DNA of 64,000 bases from Vicugna vicugna (taxonomy: Eukaryota), in the NCBI GenBank assembly GCA_013265495.1, contig MU058387.1:1-64000 (forward strand). The letters are read 5' to 3'. Under the pieces are notes generated by a model. That model searched no databases, was not told the DNA's origin, and was given only the letters and a program-made list of their open reading frames with translations. The translations under genes and the position numbers were made by a program. Positions within the stretch are counted from its first letter, which is position 1, and each line of letters opens with the position of its first letter. This document shows positions 38,901 to 51,570 of this stretch, piece by piece.

Positions 38901-41872
38901 GAGCTATGATTCATCACTAATCACACATATCCACCGAGGTTTCCAACAGTCACCTCAGCTACTAGAATAAAGACCCTAAAAAGGACAGCATTTAACAGGA
39001 ATTAACAAAGGGTAGTGGAGAAACTTAATACCAATGAAAACAAAACGAACTGTTTTGCTAATAGACGTGAGTCTTTACCAATAAATCGCGCAACTTCTAT
39101 TCTTTGAGATTCGCTCAAAATGTGTTGAGTTTTCGGTTTGTGATTTAAGCAAAATACGTTGTTAAATGAGAGAAATGATGGTCAGAAACCATTCGTGTAT
39201 ATAAGAAAATGTCCCTACAGTAAAGTTAGCTAGCAATATGGAGGGTCATAATTTGGATAGTATTTTAGGAATGACCATTAAAAATAAAATATCTTATTGT
39301 TAGTTAGTTTCTATACAATTTGTTCTGCATGTCTATCTTAACAACCATAAGAAATTCCATCTTTTTTTTTTATTTCCTGAAGTCCCTGAAAACACAAATT
39401 GTTTTTGAGCCTAGTACTTTTCCAGTTCATTGACAGCTAAGGCTGTGAAATGAAGACAATTATAAACCTTAATTCTCTGGGCTTGGATGACTGACAGGTC
39501 CCAGGTGCTCTCATCTAGAGAAGATATTCTCCGGGTGGCAGAGCGTGGGTCCAGGGTAGATTGCACAGGCAGTTAGGTTGATGCCTCTACAATTACTTCC
39601 TGATCTGTCACTTGCTTGCCTGTTGACGGGTTTCAGTGGGCTCTCCAGATCCCCTAGGTGTAATTTTTTCTTGACTTCTCTTTGATCCTAAGGTAATGGA
39701 GCATTTTATCAATTTTAGTGAATAGGTCTTGATCAGATTTTTTTTTTTTTTCCCCAGAAGATCAACATTCTCAGCTGTTTGGTCAGGGAAAGAGGTGAGG
39801 CAGAAGGCCTCTTTCCTTGTCCCTGGACGCTTTTTATGTTAACCTTTCTAATGCATTCCAGGTGACAAAATCCCTCTCCTCATCCATAAGAGAAAAGTTT
39901 TAAATAACACAGCGACGCCCAGTTAACCCTAGTCACGATAAAGGGCCCTTAGCAGAAGTCCACTGGGAAGGTATTTGGATGCTGAGTTTTTGTAACCTTA
40001 CCTATGCTGTGGTAGAGTAATTTTGGCCATTTCTGAATCCCTTTCTGAGTTTATATAAATTATTAAGCAAGGGGGATATATTTATCCAGTATTTCCAGGA
40101 TAAAAAGGAGAGTGGAGTGGTAACCTCTAGAAAATTCACTTATCCCTCATATTGAGGGTCTGAAGGCATGTTACTGTGCTGAGATTTTGTTCACCAAAGA
40201 GAGAAAGAAAGATAATTTTTTTTAAAAATTTCAAATTAAAGGCAATTACTAGAAAGCTACATTGGCACAAAATTTAATTACATTTATCCATGGTTCTTCA
40301 TTAGCATTCATGGAATTTTAAATTGATAGTGATATGTTTTAGAAAAAAATGGAGAGGCAGAGTTCATCTATTAGGAAAGAAAAACAGAGGTAGTTATTTA
40401 CTTTAAAAGACTGGTTATAAGACAGTTTAAAATCTATGCCTGGCTTTTGAAGTGGAATATTTCTTTATATTTTATAAATAAGAAATCGAAGGCTGTAATA
40501 TTCAATGAATACTGTTTTGTCAATCTTGTCTCATTTAAGTGCATTTACGTTTTCTGAAGGAGGCAACAGTGCTGACAACGTGTAATGGATTTTTGGAAAC
40601 AGTTCTGATTTGAGGCTATGTCATCATATAGGTTATGTCTTTAAAGATGTACTACAATTTAATGTCAAATTTAAAAATAAATCCCCTAGTAATTCAATAT
40701 GTATTTATGGAATGCCTACTTGCACTCAATAAATGCAGTGTTTGGTACAGAGACCACAGATGTGAATAAAACACATCCTTTTGCTTTAAGTTTTGTCTTC
40801 AAAAGAATGGCTACCATAAAATTTCTAAGTCTTCTTTTCTTCGGCTGTTTGTTCTTTGTTCTGACTCCTAGAAAATCAAATTAATAGTCCATTACTAGCA
40901 TCTGTCCAGAATTATATTGCATGTAATCTTATTATTCTTACCTACTGTTTTAGCTTTATTTTATTTTTGTTCTCATTTCCTCATTTACCTAAAACTAGTT
41001 CTCTCATAAGCTGCCTCATATTACATTTTAAAATGAAATGTGGCATCCATAAATGAGGGAAAAAATAAATACACTGTTTTTCTCTCCCACTGAGTGTCTG
41101 TAAGACTGAACACTCAGTGAGTTTTCAATAAGTCGGTGTTGATTGCTTGATTATAGTCCAAACTTAACATTTTTCACTAAGTATTAGGTTTTATGATTGT
41201 TGGTATCTTGCTATGTAGAGGTAGGAGAGAAATTCCTTCCAAATATGGGCCTTTCTCTTGTGAAAGAATTGTCCTGCTCTCAGATTTCCACAGCTGTGCT
41301 ATTTTTGCAAGAACTAGAATGGCACTAAAAAAATGGGAGGGTACCTACCTCAGCTTCTTTCCTGCAGAACTCTGGCTTAAAGATGGAATGTGGCCACTTG
41401 AATCCCTGCACTTTGGATGGTAAAGCCTTTTCCTTCACAATTTCTTGTGTTTTCTTCACCAGGACTGATTATATATTAGCAGGTAAATCATAGCAAGAGG
41501 TCTGGATAAGACATTTTAAAGTTTTAAATATAGACTTAGCAATACTATAGAATGACACAATGAAGACAGTTCTCCTAATGAACATGGCAGAGTTGGCAAA
41601 TATTTATTTGGAATGTAATGACAGATTGCACATGATTCTTTGATTCAGCAGCATCACTTGCTGCATTAAGCATGGTCTTGGTAACTCCTATTTCCTGTGC
41701 CTTTGCTGAAAGAATGAATAAATGAAGGGATGAAGCGATAAGGAGGACTTTATTACACAAGGTACTCTAGTCAACTGATATTTCAGTGCGTGTTCTCATG
41801 GATACAGACATGTATACTATGACCCTTCTCACTGTACTGAACCTCTACTACTGTCAAGATACTGCATTGACT

Positions 41873-42097
41873 ACATGGTTGATAAACAATAAGTTCATAC
41901 TGTATAGTACAGGGAACTAAAACGCAGTATCTTGTAGAAACCTATAATGAGTAATAACATGAAAACAAATACATGTATGTATATGTATGACTGAAGCATT
42001 ATGCTGTACACCAGAAATTGACACAACATTGTAAACTGACTATACTACCCCAAAAAATAAATAAATAATAAAATTTAAAAAAAAAAAGAAAAAAAAA
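41873..42097 (+). mobile_element. Very short L1 3' end with A-rich tail
   Basis: CTGTATAGTACAGGGAACT...ATGCTGTACACCAGAAATTGACACAACATTGTAAACTGACTATAC plus poly-A. Confidence 0.88.
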
Positions 42098-42249
42098 TAC
42101 AGAGTTGAATATGACTTAAATCCTGGTAGAGAACCTGACCTCCAACTGTAAACAACAACCTAGTAGAGGAGACAGGAATACCTCTGTCGAATACTTATGT
42201 AATTATTTGTCTATGAGTTCTACAAAGAGAGACAAACAGTGATGAGAGT

Positions 42250-42940
42250 CAAAGCTTACGCAGCATTAATTAATTATGGGCTAGGAACACTTCAGTACCT
42301 TAAATGTAGTAAATTATTTAAATTTTATAAAAACTCTAAAATATGCAACATTATTAACATCATCTCCATCTTACAGAAGAGAAAAAGAAAGTAGAAGTTA
42401 AACTTACTGCCTAAGGGAGCACATAAAGAGGGGAAGAGTGAAAAAATTATTTGGGGATCTAGGGCATTTGATAGAACAAATAAAATTGGGGTCTGAGCCA
42501 GATCATGAAGGATGTTAAAGAACAGATCATTTAATATTTCATTTCACAAATATTTATTAAGTACTTCCGGGTACCAGGAACCGTCTTAGAAACTGGCGGA
42601 TGTAACAGTGAACAGTGATATTACAAACATAATGTGTTCAATGCCATGCTGTCTTCTCCACGTTACTTCAATTTTTGTTCTATCTGAAATTACACGTTTT
42701 ATCCTCTCTTTGTACAGTGTTCCTCCTTTCCTTGAGGTCAATTTTTTTCCCCAAAGTATGATCACCTTATGACAGAATATTTAATTTATTTATTGTGATG
42801 CTTGGTTATTTTTGGTCTATCATGCCCCTTTAGAAAGTAAGTTCTATGAAGGCAACTGTTCACTGTTCTGATGTATCCCAAGTGCCTAGAACATAGCTGA
42901 TACTCAACATGTATTTACTGAATAAATGTATAAGTGACTA
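42250..42940. mobile_element. Cluster of MIR and L2 3'-end fragments
   Basis: CCATCTTACAGAAGAGAAAA (MIR); CAAATATTTATTAAGTACTT (L2, minus); GTAAGTTCTATGAAGGCA...CCCAAGTGCCTAGAACA...ATTTACTGAATAAATG (L2, plus). Confidence 0.65.
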
Positions 42941-45364
42941 AACAAGACAGAAAGTAAATGTCAGTGGGAAAAATAATCAGTGTCCTCTCCCACAATTGTT
43001 TAATTAATATCTGTTATAACTCAATTTCAGGTCAAAAAAAAAAATCAAGAGGAGGCGGATAAAGTTAAAACAAACATGACTCTGCTGCAAAAGCCTCTTC
43101 AAATCCAAGTCGGGGGTCTAGATCTGAATCTAGGAAAGCCAAGAATGAAAGTGTCCACTATAAACTGTCTCAATAGGAGTAACAGTGTAAGAGTTGGAAT
43201 AGGAGTGAAAATAAAAGTTAATTTGCTTGTTCTTTTATTTTTGATGTTTGTAAATACTGTAAGTCAGAACTGCCAGGACTTTCACTGAGGAGTCTGTGCA
43301 GGGACTTGTAAAGAGCAAAGTTTGCAATTTTTTAAGAGACATTTGTTTTATTAATAGGTCATTTACAGAAACCTCTAGAAGTGCCCACTCCCAATGGGAA
43401 GGATTTGAGCTGAGAGAGAAGATAAATTCTCAATCAGTAAGTAGGTTGCAATCCTTCTCATGCTCGGAAAACATTTTGTTCCCTGGTCTCAAAGAATGAG
43501 GAGCCACAGAGCCCAAATGTACTGCAGACTCCGAGAATATACCCAGCACAGGGACTCATTCTGAACACAAGGGGCTTGGCATTTCTTTAATGAAAAAAAG
43601 TCAAGAATATGATATTATTTTCAAATATTTCCTACTTAAAATGTATGAAATTATTTTAAAAAACAGAGAGAGTGGATTAACTTATAAAATCAAGAAAGAT
43701 ATCAGAATATAGTTCCGTAATGGAATCGATGCAATTAGCAGTGTCTCAAGGAGAGATTTCTATGCAATTCAACAAATATTTATAGTGATAAATTATACTA
43801 AGGTATTAATTCAGATATTTCCTATTATATATTCTAATCACACAAGGTGAATATGTCGGGTTTGGCTTTTCACCATTTGTTTTTCAGGTGTAAATTTTCT
43901 TTGTTTTGCAAAGCCAAGTGGAACTGACATGGAACTGAAAACACCTGAACAGTATGTTTTGAGTTTATAGTCAGAAATGTCAAATTTATGTTTTGACTAA
44001 CTTAATTAAGCAGTTTTCAAATTTTAAAGTATTTACACAAACAACACGTCAATAATTCTTAAGTTAGGAGTTTAACTGTAATGAAGGAAACAAAGTGGAG
44101 AGAGAAAAAAATAGACCAAAAATATCTGAATAGCTAAAAATGCTATTGTTATAATTTTTTGCATACTCTACTATTTTTAAGACTTTCACTTGACAATTAG
44201 CTACAGAAAAGAATGACAGAACAGTATCCAAAAAGTATTAAAGTATTTCAAAGGAAAGCATTAAAGTATTTCAAAGGAAAATGAGAGGACATCAGAGTTA
44301 CTTAAAAGGGATACCATATAAGGAAGCATTTTGGGTCTCACACGTTGGAAGAGGCACCGCTGTATATCAATGCAGTTTAATAGCAATTACGATGAATACT
44401 TTACTCAAGCATGTCTGCTGCATGATGCTATCAAGTTCCTACTATGCAAGCACATCCATAAAGTTTTAGAGGTTGACAGTCTTCAGTAAGAATGTTCTCT
44501 ATCAATGTATAATAAGCAATGTGTGGAGTTGAACATACTACACAATGATTGATCTTCTTCCTTTTTATTTAAAAATAACCATCCTTTAGTTCTATTATTT
44601 ATTTTGCTTATTGTGAGCATATAGACAACATTAAATTGTCTACTAATGAATATTTGAGTCATACTACTTTTGATCATTATTTTTCCAATAACTAGGTTTT
44701 AAGACAGTATTCACTGCAATTATCCCCCACTTTTATTTCTTATGTATGTTTTTATAGCTAGGTAGCTAGACAGATACAAATTTATACTTCATTGGGGATA
44801 TCTTGCCAAAAATAGATGTGTTTTCTAAATAACTTTAATATGGGGTCAAATCCAATGTCTAGGCAATTTTATGAACATTGTAATCTAACAAAATATTATA
44901 TCACTAAGCATTTTCTTTGTTATGAAGTAAATAATATGTGATGCTTATGTGCCACGAGAAGTAGCTTACTGTTTTCCTTTAACTACGTGTCGTAAGTTAT
45001 TTTTTCAAAGACAAAGTTAAAATATTTGAGGAAAGGCAGCTGGTCCTCTGGCTCTGTATACAGGGGCCCCCATCAAATGTTTGCAGGCGGCTGCTTCGGT
45101 AATAGTCTATTGGATTTAGTGGTGTATTTTACAGCAACTTTTTGTGTTTTATAGACATTTCCAGATAAAAAAGCCCTCCAATTGCATCCCAAAATATAAG
45201 ACCAATTCTGTTATGGAAAATAAAAGAAGGTCTGCATCATGTTTCAAGACTCAACATCAAGTAGGCTTTAATGAGCAAGACTCAGACTTTGAACCTAACT
45301 TCCAGTGAGGCAACTGGAAGAGGAAAAAGTAAGTGTGCCAAGTCCTGCAACATCCCTGGCCCTT

Positions 45365-45682
45365 TTAAAAGATGCATGCACCCTAGTGTTCATAGCAGCA
45401 CTATTTACAATAGCCAAGACAAGGATACAACCTAAATGTCCATTGGATAAATGTCCACTGGATAAAGAAGCTGTGGTATATTTATACAATGGAATACTAC
45501 TCGACCATAAAAGAGAATAAAATAATGCCATTTGCAGCAACATGGATGGACCTGGAGATCTTCGTTCTAAGTGAAGTAAGCCAGAAAGAAAAAGAAAAAT
45601 AACATACGATATCACTCATACGTGGGATCCAAAACAAAAAACAAAAAACAAGTGAACCTATTTACAAAACAGAAACAGACTT
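45365..45682 (+). mobile_element. L1 3'-region fragment lacking its terminal 3' UTR and poly-A
   Basis: ATGCACCCTAGTGTTCATAGCAGCACTATTTACAATAGCCAAGAC...GCAGCAACATGGATGGACCTGGAGA; similarity stops at AAACAGAAACAGACTT. Confidence 0.88.
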
Positions 45683-47121
45683 CCGTGCATTTGAGGTCTC
45701 ACAGCCCTACAATAAGTCTAATGGAACTTACCTGGGATCCTTTGACTTCTCAGTGGTTGAGCCTGGGATGGAAGCCAGAACTCTCTGACCCAATGTCCAT
45801 GCTTTTCACTGCACCAGGCTACCTCTCCTAAGTGTGCTCAGGCCGTCAAGACACTGACATTCCATGTGACCAAATCCTCCTCTCTTATCCCAGTTCCCAT
45901 AACTACATCCTTGCTTCGTGCTTCTGTATAGAAGCCCTAGCTCAGATTCCCACTGCCTCTCATCTTTTCATAAGAAGGAAGACAAAAATCAATGAGCCCA
46001 TAAAGTAGGGAAATTCAAAACAAGATGATTATGATGCACACCACTTTCTAATCAGTAGGTAGCATCCTTTGTCATCTGTAAGGCAAAGGGGAGGCAGACA
46101 TCAACATCATGAAACATGTCATGTTAGATGGGGGAATATTTGGTACCAGGGGTGAAACCAGATCTGTGCCACATCACATAATGCTCATTACTGGGAAGGG
46201 GGAATAATGAATTTGAAGGGATGCCATATGGCATCCCATAACCTACTCACAACATGCGGTCTATGAACACGTTAACTCTTTTTCCGTTTGGTGCCCAAAG
46301 TTATTTCAGAAAAGTTCAGCCTCTCTTCTTGAAGCCCAAATTTTAAGTCCCTGCAGAATCCATGAGCTTCAGGGTCTGGACAAAGGGACTTTTCAAGTTC
46401 CATCCCATCCGTGGACTTTCCCGCACCAGCTGTGAAAATCAATTAGCCCTGGTGAAAGCCAAGCTGCTCTGTGTTCTCGATAATGAAAAAGGCCAACTGC
46501 ACACCAGCAGTTTTCTCTGTCCTTACAAAGACGAATGGGGACTTTGAATCTTTTTTCGCTGCTCCCTGGAATTGCCTTTAAGTTCTATTTTGAAAGTTGC
46601 CAGACACTCCAGGAGATTAGCACAGAAGACTCTCTGGAGCGGCAGGAAAATTCTACCATCGCACACCAGTGACATGGTGACTCCCTCAGGCTGGTATGCA
46701 GCCATCAGACAGTCAAAACAAACGCCTCCCAAACACACTCCGCAAGCGGCTCCCCCTCGCCTCTGCTCCCTTGATAAGAATGGAAATGGCTAACGGTACC
46801 TCATCCATTTTCAAGACCCCATCAGTAGTGCAGATAATGCTTCAGGAAAACAATAGGAAAGGGCCAGTTAAAGTCGGACAAAGAGAAGGCCACTGAGACG
46901 ACAAGCGACACTGGGAAACCCCAGAAGGGCAGGGATGCGCCCACCGGGTAAAGAGGTCTGAGATGACGCCTCACCATCCCATCCTTTGTGAAAGGCAGCC
47001 CCCTCCAGAGAGGAGGAAAAGAAAAGAAGCCCCTCTCCATCCCATCCTCTGCACCTCTGTCATCACCATCAACTTCCTTCTCCATAAAATAATACCACCA
47101 CAGCAAACTCTTCACTCGCTT

Positions 47122-47357
47122 AAGCGGGGCTTCTCGCCTTGGCGCTACTGACATATTGGGCTGAAGAAGTCTTTGCTGGGGAGGAGAAGGGACCAGGCTG
47201 TGCATTGCAGGATGGTCAGCAGCATCTCTGGCCTCTACTCACACGGTGCCAGTACCCAGTCTCTCCAAGTTATTATCATCAAAAATGTTTCTAGACATTG
47301 CCAAGTGTACCCTGGGGAGGTGGCGGGAGGCAGGATGATCCCGCCTAAAGATCACCT
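47122..47357. mobile_element. MER20 hAT-family DNA transposon
   Basis: CTACTGACATATTGGGCTG, TGTGCATTGCAGGATG...CAGCATCTCTGGCCTCTAC, AAAAATGTTTCTAGACATTGCCAA. Confidence 0.85.
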
Positions 47358-48078
47358 AATCAGCTAAGTGATGCTTCCTTTTAGTCCCTGAAGAACAAAA
47401 GATTAGAAGAGTCAGGGGAAATTCATGCTATGAAAACTGTTGAGTAGGTCACTTAACTGTCTTGGACATATACTGGCTTCATATTTATAATGCAATGAAT
47501 CAAAAGGTAACTGGCTATTATTACAAGCTTTTAAATGCACATGGAAATAGAAGCCAGTTAAACAAGGTTTCATTTTTAAAACAATTACATGCAAAGACAC
47601 TAATTGTTTGGTTATTTATTACTAAGATATTTTGTCTCACATTATAATTGACACTGCCTTCTCACGTATGTTGTCTCATTGGTCTCAAAGGTGAGAAAAT
47701 CAAATTGGCTTCCCAATTTTATTGTGGAACCAGATGCAGTGAGTTTAAATGACTTGCTAGAGAGCAAATGTCAAGTCTTTTTAAATATCAGTATTGCCTT
47801 TAGGTACACTCTTTCTATGCACTTGAAACATGAGTCATATTTTGTACCTTAAAGGTAGTAAAAACTCAAGTATTTTAATTAAAGCTGAATTATAAAGGAA
47901 GAATGACTTGATGAAGCTTAGATTCTTCCCCTTCAGCCAAAATTGCTTATTCCATTAAAAGTAATCAGCAATGACCACGAGCAAGTTCACTGCATTCACA
48001 GATGATATGGGAGGCATAGCTTAGTAGATTTTGAAGAGGATTGTGTTAGTTTTAGTGGTGAGTAGCTATTAAATAGAA

Positions 48079-48608
48079 TGTGGCAGATCGCAATACTACA
48101 GTGGTTACAATGGCTACACATTCCTCCTGTAGCCATGTGGATTTGGATAATCCATTGATCTTGCAACTCCTTCTAGCAAGAGGTGAAGCGTATGTATGTT
48201 TCTACCTCTAAGTCTGTGCTTGGCCACGTGACTTGCATTGTCCAAGGAGTCACTAGAAAATATTGTCTAAGTAGAAGTTTAAAAGTGCTTCTACATTAGG
48301 GTTTGCCCATTCTTTGAACCCGGCAACCATGTCCCTGTAAATGAGCCCAGGGTAGCCTGCTGAATAACGAGAGGCACGCAGTCAAGCCGTTGCTGTTGTC
48401 CAAGCCGACATCACGCCAACCTCTCACCTGTGAAAGAGAACACGTTAGACTGCTCGAGCCCAGTCACTGACTGACTGCACGGCGTGAGTCAGCCTGGACC
48501 AAGGGAACTGCCCAGAGGGTACAGCAAGTCGTGAGATAAGAAAGTTTGTTGTTTAAGCCACTAAGTTTTGGAGATAGTATTTAGCAGAAAAAGTTAACAA
48601 CTAGTGCA
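48079..48608 (+). mobile_element. MaLR solo LTR (MLT1G/H-like)
   Basis: TGTGGCAGA start, GGCCACGTGACTTGC, GTTGTTTAAGCCACTAAGTTTTGGAG near the end. Confidence 0.8.
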
Positions 48609-49391
48609 CTTACATAAGTAGTAAGCTTTAAACTACCTACGCTGGCAAGCAAACTATTATAACTAGGTTGGAGATCAAAATGTGTCTGTCACATGGCCAC
48701 ATGTCTTTCATTTAAGTGGCCTGAGAGGGAAATATAAGTTAGTTAGGTGAGTTGCTATAATTGACTGAAGGTAAAAATCAAAGAATAGACGCTATATAAA
48801 TTCAGTCAGATTCTACTGTTCTTAAGCCATAACCCTCACCATCATCATCACCATCGTCACCACGTACTTTGAGACAGGAGCAGAGTGTTCTCCCTGTTTC
48901 ATTGTCCCCATCATTGAAAAAGAAATAGTAATACCCACTACCTAGAGTTACTATCAGGAGGAAATCTGACTAAGGAGTTTGTAACTCGTCTAGAATCCCA
49001 TAGCTGACGATTAGCGAAGTTAAGATTGAACCCAGACCTTCATAACATCATAGGTCATCTTCTCAGCCTTTCACAATCCTTGCTTCAATTGATTTGCATC
49101 TCCTTAAACTGGATTTGGTCATATTTTTCCATCCATCCATTCATTCATTCACTTAGGCATGAATGGATACATTCACCAATGTCCAGTACATAATATGTGC
49201 CGGTATGATTAATGCAGTTTTAACAAGATAGACAGTGCCCCAGCTCTTGTAAAGCTCATGTACCTGACCCTCTCTCACCTCTCCTCCTCCTCCTTCCTTC
49301 ATGCCACCCATCCTGCAACAATTTTCTTTCTCTGTTTCTTGTACACATTCAAAGAGATCTGCTTTTAGAATCATAGTAGATTTGTGTGGCT

Positions 49392-49870
49392 TGCGTGAAA
49401 TCAAGGTTCTCCAGAAAACAGAACCAATGATGTATTAGAATTAACTTTTGCAGTTACTAAGACTGATCTGCCCATGGTCTGCCACCTGCACTGGAGGTAC
49501 AGGGACGCTGGCGGTGGGCTTCCAGTTCAATCCTGGAGGCCTGAGAACACGAGGAGCTAATGGTCTGAGTTCCAGTTCGAGCCCAAAGGTCCAGCAGGAG
49601 CACTGATATCTGAGAGCAAGAGAAGATGGATGCCCCAACTCTAACAGAGAGCAAATTCTCCCTTCCTCCACCTTTCTGTTCTAGTCAATCCCTCATGGAT
49701 TGGATGGAGCCCACCTGCATCTGTGAGGTAGCTCTCCTTTACTTAGTCTATTGATTCAAATGCTGATGCTTTCCAGAAAGAGCCTCACAGACACACCCAG
49801 AAATCATGTTTTACCAGTTCTCCGGGCATCTCTCAGTGCAGCCAATTTAACACATAAAATAGCCATCCCA
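49392..49870 (-). mobile_element. MLT2 (ERV-L) solo LTR
   Basis: GGTTCTCCAGAAAACAGAACCAAT...CCTCACAGACACACCCAGAAAT...ACATAAAATAGCCATCCCA, the reverse complement of MLT2. Confidence 0.88.
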
Positions 49871-51230
49871 GTGCTATGGAGATACTTTAGAGACAACGCA
49901 ATACAACCCAATCAGTGACAGATTAGGAAGCAGAATTCTAGAGAGTTTATAGGTTAAACAAAATGAATCATGTGCGTGTGTGTCCACCCATGTGCACTTG
50001 TATCCATATACACAGACAGGGAGCATATTCTGAGAAAATTAAAAAGGGGAAAAAAAGACATGCCTTTCTCAGTCTTTATAGAGTGAGAACACACAGACCT
50101 GCCACTGTTTTCAAAAACAGAATCAGATCTATAGATATAAATTCATCCTCTGTTCCAGATATCACTGAGGTATTTTATACAAATTATTTTATTTTAATCT
50201 CACAACCACGTGTAAGGTAAAGATTGGGAAAAGAATGGCAGCCTGGGTACAGAGCTCCTACCCCAGACCTTGAGCTCTCTACACAGCCCGCTAACTTATT
50301 AAAAACATCTAGGCAGGTTATCTTTAAAGTCATGATAAGGCATTTCCACAAATGTATCTCTGACCCCAACAAAAAAGGACGCAGACGGTAAATCATCCGA
50401 TGAGCATTCAATGTTGGCTAATGTTTCACGAAGGAAGACTAACTGATGTATTAACAGTTAAGCGTCCTCTTTGGGCTCTAATACAAAATCCACACATTTG
50501 CTTTCATTTAAAGCATAGAATCTGATTTTACGAAATAATGCTAAGCCAGGAACATTTCATCAAACGTCAACATTTTATACTTTGTAAGTTCTATCAGTGG
50601 CTGCTCAAACACCAGTAACCATACTTGAGACTAGAGATTTATCTAAGCCAACAAATTATCATCGTTTACAACAAAAGCGTAACATAAGTGATTTGTGAAT
50701 TGCAAATTGATCTTCCCTGCCGGGAGCAGTAACTAGTTTCAGAGCTTTGGCTATAACAGACCACATATAAATATGTGAATACAAAAAAATGCCCAGGTCT
50801 TGATGACATAATTTATTCTCCTGACACAAGCTGTTTTATTTTCTATCCTCCCGTAAGTGTTCTCTTGTAGTAAACCAAGGGGATGAATCAAACCTGACAC
50901 AAACGTCAGCTCCTCTGGGTAGACCATGGCAAACCCTCCATAATATGTTTCATTAAAGCACTTGACAAGCAAGATTTCAAAGGTCTGTAAATCACTCCAG
51001 ACGTCGCTAATTTTAATTGGGACTACACACATTTCACGGAATGTGTTATAAGAATTGTTTTCCCCACTTAAGGATTCTCAAGAGCATGTGAAAAAAAAAG
51101 AAAAGCCTCAGTATATCCAGCAGGTGCTCGGAAGTTTCCATAAAATAGCTGCTGGTATGGAACCTTCCAGGTAGATCAAACTTTTCAGCATCTGCTGAAA
51201 TGTTTTTCTGAGGCCTGATGCATGAGGGAT

Positions 51231-51256
51231 GTGTGTGTGTGTGTGTGTATGTGTGT
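51231..51256. repeat. (TG)n microsatellite
   Basis: Read directly. Confidence 0.9.
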
Positions 51257-51555
51257 AAGAAACAGTCCAAGAGACCTAAGTGGATATATTGCCAAGTTTG
51301 CTAGAAGCTACAGTAATATTGCAAGTGCTTCGTTTTGTTTATCCCTTGCATGTGGACATGCTTGCCAACTTACTAAACAACCTTTGGTCTTCTTAACCTT
51401 ATCTGTTTTTGCAGTTTGAACTTTGTTTCCTCACATTACAAGCATTATTTTAAAAACAAGAATGCTTTTAAATTCTGACCCCACTGCTCATCCTCTCTAA
51501 AAGAGTCTCCATAAAAGCAGAAAGCAGAAAGCGTTGTTTTGATCTAAAAACTTAC

Positions 51556-51570
51556 CTTCTGTTAACTTCC
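51556..51570 (-). other. Candidate 15-nt microexon (GGAAGTTAACAGAAG)
   Basis: Minus strand tgtctctctttgacag|GGAAGTTAACAGAAG|gtaagt: pyrimidine tract with CAG acceptor and a consensus donor; length is a multiple of 3; host gene not identified. Confidence 0.35.

Noticed and set aside
41088..41119. 10-bp stem hairpin CACTGAGTGT...ACACTCAGTG as a pre-miRNA or terminator
   Set aside because: Too short for a pre-miRNA, lies in L2-like sequence, and is expected by chance
45720..45745. Strong minus-strand donor CAG|gtaagt
   Set aside because: Within MIR-like sequence and no matching acceptor identified
46822..47367. 127-aa minus ORF and overlapping plus ORFs
   Set aside because: No recognisable domain, partly inside MER20, no supporting exon structure
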